DNA of 64,000 nt, taken from the NCBI GenBank assembly GCA_037305845.1, contig CP147778.1, positions 1,760,001 through 1,824,000 on the forward strand, in the 5' to 3' direction. Each line of letters begins with the position of its first letter. Position 1 is the stretch's first letter. The position numbers and the translations under genes were made by a program. Shown in pieces: positions 10,357 to 20,554 of this stretch. The notes beneath the pieces are model-generated. The model made no database searches, was not told where the DNA came from, and saw nothing but the letters and a program-made list of their open reading frames with translations. Origin of the DNA: Candidatus Freyarchaeum deiterrae (GTDB taxonomy: Archaea > Asgardarchaeota > Jordiarchaeia > Jordiarchaeales > Jordiarchaeaceae).

Positions 10357-10561
10357 TCTAAATATGTACAATCTCAATATCGAGATTAAGGCTCTTCCTA
10401 ATTCTTACCTGGGGAGCACGGACATATACCATAAAATAAGACAAGACTTCCTTAGTCGCAAATACAATATAGTTTGATATTTTCATAATCAAAATTACTC
10501 AGCATTCGTAGTAAAATTATGTACAGGCATCTTGGCTAAAGATACTTGGAGAAGAACCTAA

Positions 10562-10807
10562 ATGAAAACCAAGGCAAAGGGGGTTATAGAAACTATTTTT
10601 TCTTCAAACCTGTCAGAAGTTGCTTCTAAATCTCTTTTGCCTGAAATTATTTCTGGACCTAGTGAACGGTATAGAGTTAAATTAAAAAGAGATGGAGACA
10701 TTATAAGTTTAGAAATTGAGGCTGAAGATACGGTTGCTCTCAGAGCAGCATTAAACTCGTATCTCCGATGGCTAAAAATAATTCATGACATTAATGAACT
10801 TATTTAG
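10562..10807 (+). CDS. pcc1: KEOPS complex subunit Pcc1
   Basis: IEAED..ALRAALNSYLRW motif; position before pfdB. Confidence 0.9.
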   Translation: MKTKAKGVIETIFSSNLSEVASKSLLPEIISGPSERYRVKLKRDGDIISLEIEAEDTVALRAALNSYLRWLKIIHDINELI

Positions 10808-10818
10808 GAGGAGATTTA

Positions 10819-11187
10819 TTGTCTGGAAGCGAACTACCCCCCCAGGTGCAGCATCAAATTTCAATGCTGCAGCAACTGCAACAAAAGATGGAAATAATTA
10901 TCACTCAAAGAAATCAATCCGAAATTCAGCTTAAAGAAACAGAACAAGCTCTAAGTGAACTTGAAAAAATAGAACAAGGAAACGATGTATACAAAATGGT
11001 CGGAACATTGCTAATAAAGGCCAAACCAGAAAAAATTAAGGAAGAACTTAAAGACAGAAAGGAAACTCTTGAGTTAAGAGTAAAAACTCTACAAAGACAG
11101 GAAGAACGTTCAAAAAAACAACTAGAAGAAATGCGCGCAAAAGTGCAAGAAACACTTCAGCAAAGGGATATAAGCCCGGCGGGCTAA
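10819..11187 (+). CDS. pfdB: Prefoldin beta subunit
   Basis: LPPQVQ, coiled coils, VYKMVGTLLI. Confidence 0.95.
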   Translation: MSGSELPPQVQHQISMLQQLQQKMEIIITQRNQSEIQLKETEQALSELEKIEQGNDVYKMVGTLLIKAKPEKIKEELKDRKETLELRVKTLQRQEERSKKQLEEMRAKVQETLQQRDISPAG

Positions 11188-11188
11188 A

Positions 11189-11491
11189 ATGAGCGACGAA
11201 AAAAAAGTGGATCCAAAAGATTTACCGATAGAAGTACTTGAAGAATTATGCGTTTTTGCCGAGAGTGAGATAAGAAAATATATTTATTCAAAATGCCCCC
11301 GGAAGGATATTACTCAATTGGAAATTATAGTGAAGATTGGAGTAGAAAAAACAACAAATTTATCCATCGAAGTAAATCTCGAAACTGCTTCTTTATCCGA
11401 GGAAGATAATAAAACTTTAGCAGAAGAAGCAGTGAGAATTACGATGAATGCTGTTGATGAAAAATTATCAGGGTTATCACGTTGGTCCTGA
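11189..11491 (+). CDS. DUF3194-like small archaeal protein
   Basis: Size, AE..IRKYI.SK pattern, and the usual position between pfdB and the DHH gene. Confidence 0.6.
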   Translation: MSDEKKVDPKDLPIEVLEELCVFAESEIRKYIYSKCPRKDITQLEIIVKIGVEKTTNLSIEVNLETASLSEEDNKTLAEEAVRITMNAVDEKLSGLSRWS

Positions 11492-12480
11492 ATATATTTG
11501 AGGCCTTCTTTAAGAGTCATCCCAAAAAAATTTTGATTCTTTGTCATCAAAATGCAGATCCTGATGCGTTATGTAGTGCTTACGCTATCAAAAATCTAAT
11601 TGCAAGCCTTTTTCCCAGAATTGAGTCACTTATAGGCTCTGATGATTTAAGCAAAATTTCAAACGGTATCTTGGAATATCTTCAGATATCTATCGCTAAA
11701 GAATTCAACATTGAACTATTTGACGCCTTCATAATAGTTGATACCAATAATGTTGAACAGTTGGGGTGCTACCGATTGGTTTCAACTCTTTCAAAACCGA
11801 TAATGTTTGTTGATCACCACACGCCTCAACTTTCTACCACCCAAATCACCAAATATACGTTGATCGATGAAACATCATCCTCAACCGCAGAAATAGTATA
11901 CAATCTTTTTAAGGAAGCTGGTGTTAAGCCGAGCCCTGATACTGCGATGGCCTTGCTCATTGGAATAACCTATGACAGTAAACATTTTCTTCTAGCCAAT
12001 GCTTCAACTTTCAAAACCACTACGGATCTTATCGACGCGGGGGCTGATTATACTTCTGCAATTGAAAGACTTCGTACTCCGATGCCTAGATCCGAGAGAA
12101 TAGCGAGGTTAAAAGCTATTAACCGAGCAGAAATAAACGATGTCAAAAATTGGATAATCGTTGTCTCTAATGTGAGTGCCTACGAAGCTAGTGCCTGCCG
12201 AGCGCTGATCGAAACAGGAGCAGACATAGCAATTGTAGGCGCTAAAAAAAAGAACGCTATGAGAATAAGTGCTCGAGCCACACAAAACATCCATAAAAAA
12301 ACTGGTATTCATTTAGGAAAACTAATGGAAGAATTAGGCGCCTTAGTTGAGGGTATGGGAGGAGGGCATTCAACTGCAGCGGGATTTAATGGAAAGGATA
12401 ATTACGCTAAAGCCATTAAACATTTACTGAAACTAATCGAAAAACAACTAGAAAACGCACCACCAGCTCCGAGAGATTAA
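11482..12480 (+). CDS. DHH/DHHA1 phosphoesterase (NrnA-like)
   Basis: HQNADPDA, VD, DHH, GGGH motifs. Confidence 0.9.
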   Translation: MVLNIFEAFFKSHPKKILILCHQNADPDALCSAYAIKNLIASLFPRIESLIGSDDLSKISNGILEYLQISIAKEFNIELFDAFIIVDTNNVEQLGCYRLVSTLSKPIMFVDHHTPQLSTTQITKYTLIDETSSSTAEIVYNLFKEAGVKPSPDTAMALLIGITYDSKHFLLANASTFKTTTDLIDAGADYTSAIERLRTPMPRSERIARLKAINRAEINDVKNWIIVVSNVSAYEASACRALIETGADIAIVGAKKKNAMRISARATQNIHKKTGIHLGKLMEELGALVEGMGGGHSTAAGFNGKDNYAKAIKHLLKLIEKQLENAPPAPRD

Positions 12481-12730
12481 AGGAGGGGCAACATTTCAAA
12501 TAAATATTAGCTCTAAAAATCATGCCAATAAAATTATGTCGGTCATCTTTTTAGTCGAAGGTAAATATTAATCTCCGGCAAACATAATTAAATATTCTAC
12601 ACTTATTTTTTATTTCTAAATTTGAATAAACTAGAAAAACGCCTTCTATAGAAAATAATGTTCTCAAGGATGAGTTTTCCAACCCTGTAAATACCTCGCA
12701 CAAAGTCTAGCACTAGTATAAATTAAACTG

Positions 12731-13456
12731 TCACAGTATTAATCCAAACAATGGTGGTGAGAATAAGTTTCCAAGTGTTAGACCAAATAACAGTAGTATT
12801 CCCTGAATAATGCATATAATTCCTAATGGGATTGCTATTACTGGGAAAGTCAGAATCCATGCTATTGTTTTAAATATAGTTTCAATAAACTTGAAAAGTA
12901 AGTAAGTAACAATGAGAGTAACTGCAAAGATTAGAATTAGCCATTGGATCTCTACTGTGCTGAAGACTTTCCATACTATGACGGTAATGCCTGTGCTTAC
13001 AAGCAGCGCTAGAAGAGCTGCCCAAGGAAACATTTTGATTGGTTTCATTACGAGGCCAAATCCCACAAATAATAGAATACCCCAGGTGTAGACTGCGTTA
13101 ATCCAGAAATAGTACTTGTACTGAAAGATTAACCCTAGTAAATATCCCGCAAATCCGTAAACACTTTGAACTCCGCTAATCGCCGCCAAATACGTCATTA
13201 AAAAGCTTTGAAATATACTTCCTCCTGTTATCCATATCTGGACAGCCGAGATTATGCATAAAGCCCCTATAATGATGCCTAAGTAAATTATCGCTTTAAT
13301 TAAAAGTTGCATTCTATTTCCTACAGTTGCGAAGGCTCTCTCGAGAAGCCTGCCCGCGGAAGAAATTCCTGCGAGAATTAATAATAATGGGACTAGCTTG
13401 ACTAGTAGTGGTATATCGACTACAAACTGGTACCCGAATTGGAGAGGAATTACCAT
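12731..13456 (-). CDS. Multi-pass membrane protein of unknown function
   Basis: About 7 hydrophobic segments; GAGG SD upstream. Confidence 0.7.
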   Translation of the reverse strand: MVIPLQFGYQFVVDIPLLVKLVPLLLILAGISSAGRLLERAFATVGNRMQLLIKAIIYLGIIIGALCIISAVQIWITGGSIFQSFLMTYLAAISGVQSVYGFAGYLLGLIFQYKYYFWINAVYTWGILLFVGFGLVMKPIKMFPWAALLALLVSTGITVIVWKVFSTVEIQWLILIFAVTLIVTYLLFKFIETIFKTIAWILTFPVIAIPLGIICIIQGILLLFGLTLGNLFSPPLFGLIL

Positions 13457-13720
13457 TTTACTCCCTCGACCTTGGTGGTCTAACTAGATAAGTGCTAACA
13501 TGATAAAAAAGGATTTTGTATGGTGCAAAAAAAGCTAATAAGGCTTAAGCCAAAAATTTCTTGATTATATTACTCGATGAATGTAAATAATATATTTTAC
13601 ATATTATACGTAAAATTTTATATTATAGACAAAATTATAATAATATAAAATTATTGGTTTATTTTTTCAAAATATTGAAGTATATGGAAATTAAAAAGTG
13701 GAATGTAACTTGGTTTTAAG

Positions 13721-14335
13721 GTGTTTTTATTGACTAAGGTAGAATTCATTGCTCTTAGTTGGGACGAAGTCTACGACTTATTATTAAAGCTGGCAAAAAA
13801 AATTGTTGACCAAAATTTTAAGCCGGATTTAATAGTGGGTATCGCTCGTGGAGGATGGGTTGTTGCGCGTATACTATCCGATCTATTAGACATAAGGAAG
13901 ATTGGAAGCATTCGAGTAGAATTTTATGAAGATGTTCTCTTAACACGGGTGCGTCCTCTTATAACTCAAGAAATTTCGGTAGAGGTTGGAGGGAAGAAGG
14001 TATTACTTTGTGATGATGTGGCGGATACTGGTAAGAGTCTTGAAGTTGCTGCAGATTATCTTAAGAAAAAGGGTGTCTCTGATATGAAGATTTCCACTAT
14101 ACATTTGAAACCAAAATCTTTAGTCTGTCCAAACTATTATGTTTCAGAAACCGATGCATGGATTATTTATCCCTGGGAGGTTTTCGAATCAATTAAGAGC
14201 ATCGCTAGAAAATTAGAACAAAAAGGTAAAACTTCAGAGGAAATTAAAAAGGAGCTTATACAGACTGGAATCCAACCTAAGTATATTAATTACTTTATGG
14301 ATTGGATCAAGGTAATCGAAAGATTTCAGGTTTAA
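13721..14335 (+). CDS. Type I phosphoribosyltransferase (purine PRTase-like)
   Basis: GIARGG, VLLCDDVADTGKS PRPP loop, WIIYPWE. Confidence 0.9.
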   Translation: MFLLTKVEFIALSWDEVYDLLLKLAKKIVDQNFKPDLIVGIARGGWVVARILSDLLDIRKIGSIRVEFYEDVLLTRVRPLITQEISVEVGGKKVLLCDDVADTGKSLEVAADYLKKKGVSDMKISTIHLKPKSLVCPNYYVSETDAWIIYPWEVFESIKSIARKLEQKGKTSEEIKKELIQTGIQPKYINYFMDWIKVIERFQV

Positions 14336-14369
14336 TGCGTATCTCAATTAATAGAAGGAGTAATTCTAA

Positions 14370-14951
14370 ATGATAATCAAAACTGTTGAGGAGGGACGCC
14401 ATTTCATAGCTGTTTTCGGCCTGGAAACATCAAGAATTGATTTACCCCTTCTTCTTAATGATATAAGTGAGTTAAGTAGAGAAACCGGTGTAACCATACA
14501 ACTTTTTGATTCTTCTCTACTTGCTTCTTGGGAGCATCTTTTTTTTGGGGCTTTGAATGCTCTGAGAGCTTTTAGTCATTGTAAAAATATTTCAAATAAC
14601 TTGTCTGTTGAATGCTTACTCTACACTTCCGGTCAAAGACAGATTAGCGTAGCGGTAAAGAATTTTGGAGTGAAGCCTGACAGTAGAAACATTGGAGTTA
14701 TCCTAATAGGTAACGCGCAGGGTCTTCTTCATGAGGTTCATAAAAAAGTATTGTTAATAACCAAAGGCCTGGAAAATGATACTGTTTTGTTAATCAATGA
14801 CAGGGAAAAATTTGATAGTATTCGTAGTTTTTTCCGAATCACAGAGACCGAGTTAAGCACAATTTGTGATTTGGATGAATGGAGTTCCTGTGTTGAAGCG
14901 TTAATTAAATACTGTATTGAGAGATCCTCATTACTAATTTTGCAGAAATGA
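14370..14951 (+). CDS. cgi121: KEOPS complex subunit Cgi121
   Basis: H..F....A..AF...NIS..L..E.LLY.SGQRQI..A...G. Confidence 0.88.
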   Translation: MIIKTVEEGRHFIAVFGLETSRIDLPLLLNDISELSRETGVTIQLFDSSLLASWEHLFFGALNALRAFSHCKNISNNLSVECLLYTSGQRQISVAVKNFGVKPDSRNIGVILIGNAQGLLHEVHKKVLLITKGLENDTVLLINDREKFDSIRSFFRITETELSTICDLDEWSSCVEALIKYCIERSSLLILQK

Positions 14952-14993
14952 TTGTTCAGGATGGCTTCGTATTGAAGTAAAAGCATGGATACT

Positions 14994-15629
14994 CTATTTT
15001 TTAATTGCTATTAGTTTTTCTATAGATTGGCGACTTGTTTGACCCTCGCGGAGAATAATGGGTGGTTTTCGAGTTAGATCAATAATTGTGGAAGGTTGAT
15101 CACTGGAAGTTTCCCCACCGTCTATTATCATATCTATATTTCTTCCAATTTGTTCTTGAACTTGTTGTGCGTTCATTGCTGAAGGTTCGCCTGAAATGTT
15201 GGCGCTTGTTCCTACTAAAACACCATCGAGACACCCAGCCAATAATTGTGGGACCTTGTGAGAAGGTAGTCTAATAGCTATATTGTCTCTGTTTCCTGTG
15301 ACGATTCTGGGTATTTTAATGCGGGTTTTTAGAACCAGAGTTAATGTACCTGGCCAAAAGCTCTTCGAAAGTAAATCGGCCTCTGGAGTAAATTCTGCTA
15401 TTCTTCTGGCAACACTTTCATCCGACACAAGTATTGGCAGCCCTAGTTCTACTTTTCTCTTTTTTACTTTCAATAAATTTTCTACCGCATTGATGTTAAA
15501 TGGATCAGCTCCCAAACCGTAAACCGTGTCAGTTGGATATGCCACTAATTTTCCTTTTCTGAGCAATTTTCCTGCTTCTTTTATGATCTCCATATCTGGG
15601 TTTTCTGGTTCTATCCTCACTTTTCTCAA
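14994..15629 (-). CDS. sua5: L-threonylcarbamoyladenylate synthase (TsaC/Sua5, YrdC domain only)
   Basis: PTDTVYGLG, K.R, WPG.LT, TSANISG, PSTIID. Confidence 0.92.
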   Translation of the reverse strand: MRKVRIEPENPDMEIIKEAGKLLRKGKLVAYPTDTVYGLGADPFNINAVENLLKVKKRKVELGLPILVSDESVARRIAEFTPEADLLSKSFWPGTLTLVLKTRIKIPRIVTGNRDNIAIRLPSHKVPQLLAGCLDGVLVGTSANISGEPSAMNAQQVQEQIGRNIDMIIDGGETSSDQPSTIIDLTRKPPIILREGQTSRQSIEKLIAIKK

Positions 15630-15716
15630 TCTCTGTACCAGCTCCTATATCTCAATTAAAAGGAAACTGTAATAAGTCACTTTTTACTAACGAAAATTAA
15701 ACTCTTTATTCCCTTT

Positions 15717-16757
15717 TTGAGGTTTGTGAAGTTGGAGGCTGTAATACTTGCTGCGGGTAAAGGTGAACGGATGGGCGCTCTTTCCAAGTTTATCCCTAAG
15801 CCAATTATTCCCATAGCCAACCGTCCTATAATTGAACACTTAATTCTGGCGTATAAAAAAGCTGGTATTTCAGACTTTATAATTGTAATTGGGCACCTCG
15901 GAAATCAGATAAGAAATCAATTGAGAGATGGATCTCATCTGGGAGTATCAATAAGGTACAAGCGTTCCCAAAACTATGAATTAGGACCCATACATTCCCT
16001 ACTCGCAGCTGAGAATGAAATTTCTACAAATGAATTTTTTGTGAGTCCCGCTGATTTCATAGTAGATCCGAGGGCGATTCAAACTATAAAGAAAAGTCAC
16101 TCAAGAAAGGGCGTAACAGTGGCTGCGGATATGAGCTCCAGCTCTAAATCTGGAACTACCCTATACACTTGCCCAAAAGACCAGAAATTTGGTCGAGTCT
16201 CTGGTTTTTGTGAACCGGTTTTAAAGGGGGGGGCGCCACACCTATGTGTAAGTCTTCTAATATGCAACACTTCGATTTTTCAGTACATTTATGAGGCGCT
16301 CGGAAATGGATCAAACATACTTTTGGATGCTTTAAATCTTCTTATTCAGCAAGGCCAATTGGTATGTTTTATCGATGTCTCTAAAAATTTTTGGTTCGAT
16401 GTGGACACTGTCTCAGATTTACTTCAAGCAAACGAATTTATGCTTAAAAGAAGACTCATACCTCAAAATAATTTCTATGTTAAAGACTCTAAACAAGTGG
16501 GAGGCCCACTAAAGAAGGAATTTAAAATTGATTTGGATAAAACTTCTACCATTAGTGGACCTGCTGTCCTCGGACTCAACTGCCATATTAGCCCTGGATG
16601 TAGAGTGGGTCCTTTTGTATCTCTTGCTTGCAAGAGTGAGATTGCTTCCGGGGCAACTGTTCAGAATTCACTGCTTTTCGGTAATGCAGTGGTAGAAGAA
16701 AATAATCACCTCTCCAAGGCGGTATTATTTAAAAACCTATTATTAAAATCTGCATAA
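15717..16757 (+). CDS. Sugar-phosphate nucleotidyltransferase with C-terminal LbH domain
   Basis: ILAAGKGERM...PKP, WFDVDT; hexapeptide tail. Confidence 0.85.
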   Translation: MRFVKLEAVILAAGKGERMGALSKFIPKPIIPIANRPIIEHLILAYKKAGISDFIIVIGHLGNQIRNQLRDGSHLGVSIRYKRSQNYELGPIHSLLAAENEISTNEFFVSPADFIVDPRAIQTIKKSHSRKGVTVAADMSSSSKSGTTLYTCPKDQKFGRVSGFCEPVLKGGAPHLCVSLLICNTSIFQYIYEALGNGSNILLDALNLLIQQGQLVCFIDVSKNFWFDVDTVSDLLQANEFMLKRRLIPQNNFYVKDSKQVGGPLKKEFKIDLDKTSTISGPAVLGLNCHISPGCRVGPFVSLACKSEIASGATVQNSLLFGNAVVEENNHLSKAVLFKNLLLKSA

Positions 16758-16771
16758 AGTGGGGACGTATA

Positions 16772-17389
16772 TTGCCTTCTAATTACAGAATTAAACGCAT
16801 CTTTAAACCTGTAATTATTAAAATGGCTAAGAGTTTTGCACGTGCGGGTTTTACCCCCAATCAAGTTACTATTCTTGGACTAGTTTTCTCTCTATTTGCG
16901 TTTTTTGCTATTTCATTTGATATCCCAGTTCTTTACGGAATTTTAGTATTTGTTGCGGGCCTATTAGATGGGGTAGACGGAGCTTTGGCTAAAATTACAG
17001 GTTCAGCCTCTCCAAAAGGGGGGTTTTTAGATTCTCTAACAGACAGATACTCTGACTTTATCCTAATCTTTGGATTCTTATTCTGGAAGGGCCATTCAAA
17101 CTTTTACTTTTCAATTCCATTCAACTGGTGGGTGGTAATGTCTCTGGCAGGATTCATAATGGTAAGTTACACTCGGTCTAAAGGAGAATTCTACGACTTG
17201 GACTTGGATCGAGGGATAGCAGGTAGATCAGAAAGATTATTTATATTATTTATGTTTTCTATTCTCTATCTGTACGATATCGATTTTCCAGTTTACGGGT
17301 TGATTGCTGCAGGGATACTCGCAAATTTAACAGCAATTTACCGTATTGCAATAGCTCTCAAAAATTTACGCAGAAATCAGAATATATGA
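16772..17389 (+). CDS. CDP-alcohol phosphatidyltransferase family protein
   Basis: TPNQVT and DGVDGALA...G..LDSLTDR signature. Confidence 0.92.
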   Translation: MPSNYRIKRIFKPVIIKMAKSFARAGFTPNQVTILGLVFSLFAFFAISFDIPVLYGILVFVAGLLDGVDGALAKITGSASPKGGFLDSLTDRYSDFILIFGFLFWKGHSNFYFSIPFNWWVVMSLAGFIMVSYTRSKGEFYDLDLDRGIAGRSERLFILFMFSILYLYDIDFPVYGLIAAGILANLTAIYRIAIALKNLRRNQNI

Positions 17390-17477
17390 AATTGATTTTT
17401 AGCAATTTTCGACAAAAAATAATAAAATTAAAATTCTAGCTAAAATAGATTAGAAGAATGGCTTAAAAATACTCTGT

Positions 17478-18020
17478 TTGACTGACCAGCTTTATGGAGA
17501 TTTTATTATGATCTCAGAAATTATTTTTAACGAACTTATTCGCTTCGGTGTTGATTTCGTTGTCTCGGTACCCAGTAATCTTTTTAAAAATCTCTTAATT
17601 ATGCTAGAAAAGGCGCCAGAAATACTACACGTGCCCGTAACCCGAGAAGAGGAGGGTGTAGGAGTAGCTGCTGGAGCATATCTAGGGGGCAAAACACCCG
17701 CTCTAATCATACAAAACAGTGGGCTAGGTAACTCAATTAATGCTCTTGCATCTCTCAACAAGGTTTTCAAAATTCCACTTCTTATTCTAGTAGCTCAGAG
17801 AGGAGGCAAGGCAGAGACGATTCCCGCACAGATACCTATGGGAGAAGCTACCCCCCGACTGCTGGACGCTATAGATATTCCACACTACACACCCAAAAGC
17901 GTAGAGCAGATCCCTAAAGCTTTTCAAAGAGCAAAAAAATCATTTCAAACACATGAGATTCCGGTAGCAGTATTAATTGAAATGGAATTGATGAAGGATG
18001 AAGAGAATAGAAGCTATTAA
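17478..18020 (+). CDS. comD: Sulfopyruvate decarboxylase subunit alpha
   Basis: SVPS, TREEEGVGVAAGAYLGG, QNSGLGNSINAL, Q.PMG. Start may be ATG 17508. Confidence 0.88.
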   Translation: MTDQLYGDFIMISEIIFNELIRFGVDFVVSVPSNLFKNLLIMLEKAPEILHVPVTREEEGVGVAAGAYLGGKTPALIIQNSGLGNSINALASLNKVFKIPLLILVAQRGGKAETIPAQIPMGEATPRLLDAIDIPHYTPKSVEQIPKAFQRAKKSFQTHEIPVAVLIEMELMKDEENRSY

Positions 18021-18558
18021 AATTATAATTGATGAACTAGAAAATGAACTAGTAGTATGCAATCTCGGTTTTCCATCAAGAGAACTTTACAGCATTAAAG
18101 ATAGACCTGAAAACTTCTATATGCTAGGCTCTATGGGCTTGGCTTCCTCCATTGGGTTAGGTCTCAGCTTGTCTAATACAAAACATGTTGTAGTTATGGA
18201 CGGAGATGGATCAATTCTAATGAACCTAGGCTCTATGGCAACAATAGCCAATCATTCCCCCAAAAATCTGACAATAATCATATTTGATAACCAATCCTAC
18301 GGTTCAACAGGAGGACAACCGAGTTACACTGCAGGTAAAACAGATTTAGCAGCCATAGCAACTGGTGCAGGAATTGAAAAAGTTTTAATTGTTGCCTCTC
18401 CACAAAAACTTAGAACAGCTTACAAAAACTCCAAAAAAGAATTAACCGTAATAGTAACAAAAGTCGAAAAAGAAAATGCTGATGTACCAGTAATAGGAAT
18501 CTCTCCTGAGGAGATAAAAAACAGATTTCTAAATGCAGCTAAAAAATCGATAACGTAA
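17998..18558 (+). CDS. comE: Sulfopyruvate decarboxylase subunit beta
   Basis: NLGFPSREL, FYMLGSMG, DGDGS...N TPP motif, YGSTGGQ. Confidence 0.88.
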   Translation: MKRIEAIKIIIDELENELVVCNLGFPSRELYSIKDRPENFYMLGSMGLASSIGLGLSLSNTKHVVVMDGDGSILMNLGSMATIANHSPKNLTIIIFDNQSYGSTGGQPSYTAGKTDLAAIATGAGIEKVLIVASPQKLRTAYKNSKKELTVIVTKVEKENADVPVIGISPEEIKNRFLNAAKKSIT

Positions 18559-18910
18559 AACGTTGAATACCCAGTAGAGAAAATTGAACAGAAAGATACG
18601 CGATAAATGTTGGAATGCGTATCCAACAAGATATTCCTAATCCTGTGCCGCAGACGTATATATTCGATATGAGTTCTCTCCTTACGGCCTGTTAAGGCCT
18701 CTCCGGGCCTGAAGCCATAGTTCAGCGTGTGATTCCGATACCCCCTATCAAAGGATAGATTATAAGCCAACTTTTGGAAGAAAAATCTCCAAAATACTAA
18801 ATTAAACTCCTTAGCAAAAACATTAATCCGATTATCCGTTTGAGAATAAGTAATATTAAAAAAGGGTGTCAACTAAAGTCAAAGAGTTCATCATAACATT
18901 AAAATGATGG

Positions 18911-19771
18911 GTGACAAGATTGACCAAGTACGTAGACCAAATTTTTAGACTATCCGAAGTTGAAAGAACAGAAAAACCCAGAAACGAGGGAATAACTGTA
19001 ATCATAGACACTGGACAAGGGTTAAACGCAACTAGAGATCTACTTGAATCCGCCTCAAACTACATTGACTATTGTAAGATGGGGTGGGCAACTTGGATAA
19101 TAATGCCTAAAAACATTATAAAAAAGAAACTAAAACTTTACCATGATCATAACATACAAACCTTGAGTGGAGGATCTGCATTTGAAGCTGCTGTACTCAC
19201 TGGGAAACTAGAAGAGTTTCTGGAAACCCTCCAGACCTTGGGATTCACAGCCATCGAAATCTCCACGGGTATCATCGATATTCCCCCTAAAGAAAAATCA
19301 AAACTAATAAAGAATACCAAAAAAATGGGATTTCGAACCATAATGACCGAAGTAGGTAGAAAAAATAAAGAGGAAGATGCCAAGCTCGAAATAGCTGATC
19401 GGATCCAACAAATTAAATCCGATCTAGAAGCGGGCGCCGACTTTGTAACCATTGAATCCCGGGAGAGTGGAATCGGAATAGGCCCCTATGACGAAGAAGG
19501 TAAAGTAAAAGAACCATTCGTAGAAAAAATAGCTAACCAAATAATCACCAAAAAAACAATTTGGGAGGCCCCCCTTAAATCCCAGCAAGTATGGCTCATC
19601 ACCCGATTCGGGCCGAATACCAATCTAGGAAACATAAAACCCACTGAAGTCATCCCTCTAGAAACAATCCGCCTGGGACTAAGAGGCGATACCATGACCA
19701 AATTCCTGGGCCGAAAGATAAGTGATAAATCCGCTAAAACAAGAAAAATAACCACAAAAACCAAACCATGA
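18911..19771 (+). CDS. comA: Phosphosulfolactate synthase
   Basis: KPR..G.T..ID.G, DY.K.GW.T, EVG.K, ESRESG, WEAP, LE..RLGLRGDT. Confidence 0.92.
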   Translation: MTRLTKYVDQIFRLSEVERTEKPRNEGITVIIDTGQGLNATRDLLESASNYIDYCKMGWATWIIMPKNIIKKKLKLYHDHNIQTLSGGSAFEAAVLTGKLEEFLETLQTLGFTAIEISTGIIDIPPKEKSKLIKNTKKMGFRTIMTEVGRKNKEEDAKLEIADRIQQIKSDLEAGADFVTIESRESGIGIGPYDEEGKVKEPFVEKIANQIITKKTIWEAPLKSQQVWLITRFGPNTNLGNIKPTEVIPLETIRLGLRGDTMTKFLGRKISDKSAKTRKITTKTKP

Positions 19772-20454
19772 AAGACATTAAAATTAAAGTTAACCTAGCT
19801 TTCGGGGAACAGGGGGCTCTAAAAGCTAGCCAAAAAAACCACATTATAGTGTTAGTAGACACCTTAAGAGCCAGCACCACCATTACCACCGCACTGGATA
19901 ACGGCGCCAAAAAAATAATAACAACCACAACAGTGGAAGAAGCAAAAAAAATAGCCAAACTAATTAGAAAAAATATCATACTCGCAGGAGAACGGCATGG
20001 ATTCAAAATCAAAAATTTCCAACTAGGAAACAGCCCTCTCGAATTTACTCCTCAAAGAGTAAAAGGTAAAACCATAATACTCACTACGACGAACCTCACC
20101 CGAGTAGCGAATAGTACCCAAAACGCATCCAACGTTCTAATTGGCTGCCTCATAAACGCCAAATCAGTGGCCCAAAAAGCAGAAAAAACAGCTCGAAAAA
20201 AAGGGAATTCCATCACAATAATACACGTTGGACGGTTAGATCAACACGCTCCAGAAGACTACATCACAGCTCAAACAATAAAAAACTATATTCTAAACCA
20301 GCCCTTACCACAAAACACCGCACAAAAAATCTTCAAATCACCAAATGCTCAATACCTGATTCAAATAGGATATCAAAAAGACGTAGAATATTGCAGCCGG
20401 ATAAACACCACAACCACAGTACCAATTTACAAAAACCAATCCATTCAAAAATAG
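19768..20454 (+). CDS. comB: 2-phosphosulfolactate phosphatase
   Basis: VDTLRASTTI, GERHG..I..F.LGNSP, TTTN.T, ED; 4-nt overlap with comA. Confidence 0.92.
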   Translation: MKDIKIKVNLAFGEQGALKASQKNHIIVLVDTLRASTTITTALDNGAKKIITTTTVEEAKKIAKLIRKNIILAGERHGFKIKNFQLGNSPLEFTPQRVKGKTIILTTTNLTRVANSTQNASNVLIGCLINAKSVAQKAEKTARKKGNSITIIHVGRLDQHAPEDYITAQTIKNYILNQPLPQNTAQKIFKSPNAQYLIQIGYQKDVEYCSRINTTTTVPIYKNQSIQK

Positions 20455-20554
20455 CAAAAACAAATTATTGAAATTTGCCAGAAAGTAGTTGAAACTCTAT
20501 TTACAAACTGTTAGAAAATTGCCACAATTCAATGAACATATATCTCAGCCATTT

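Noticed and set aside
3234-20454. Methanogenesis inferred from mtrA/mtrH and com genes
   Set aside because: No mcr or membrane Mtr subunits in the window. These genes occur in non-methanogens.
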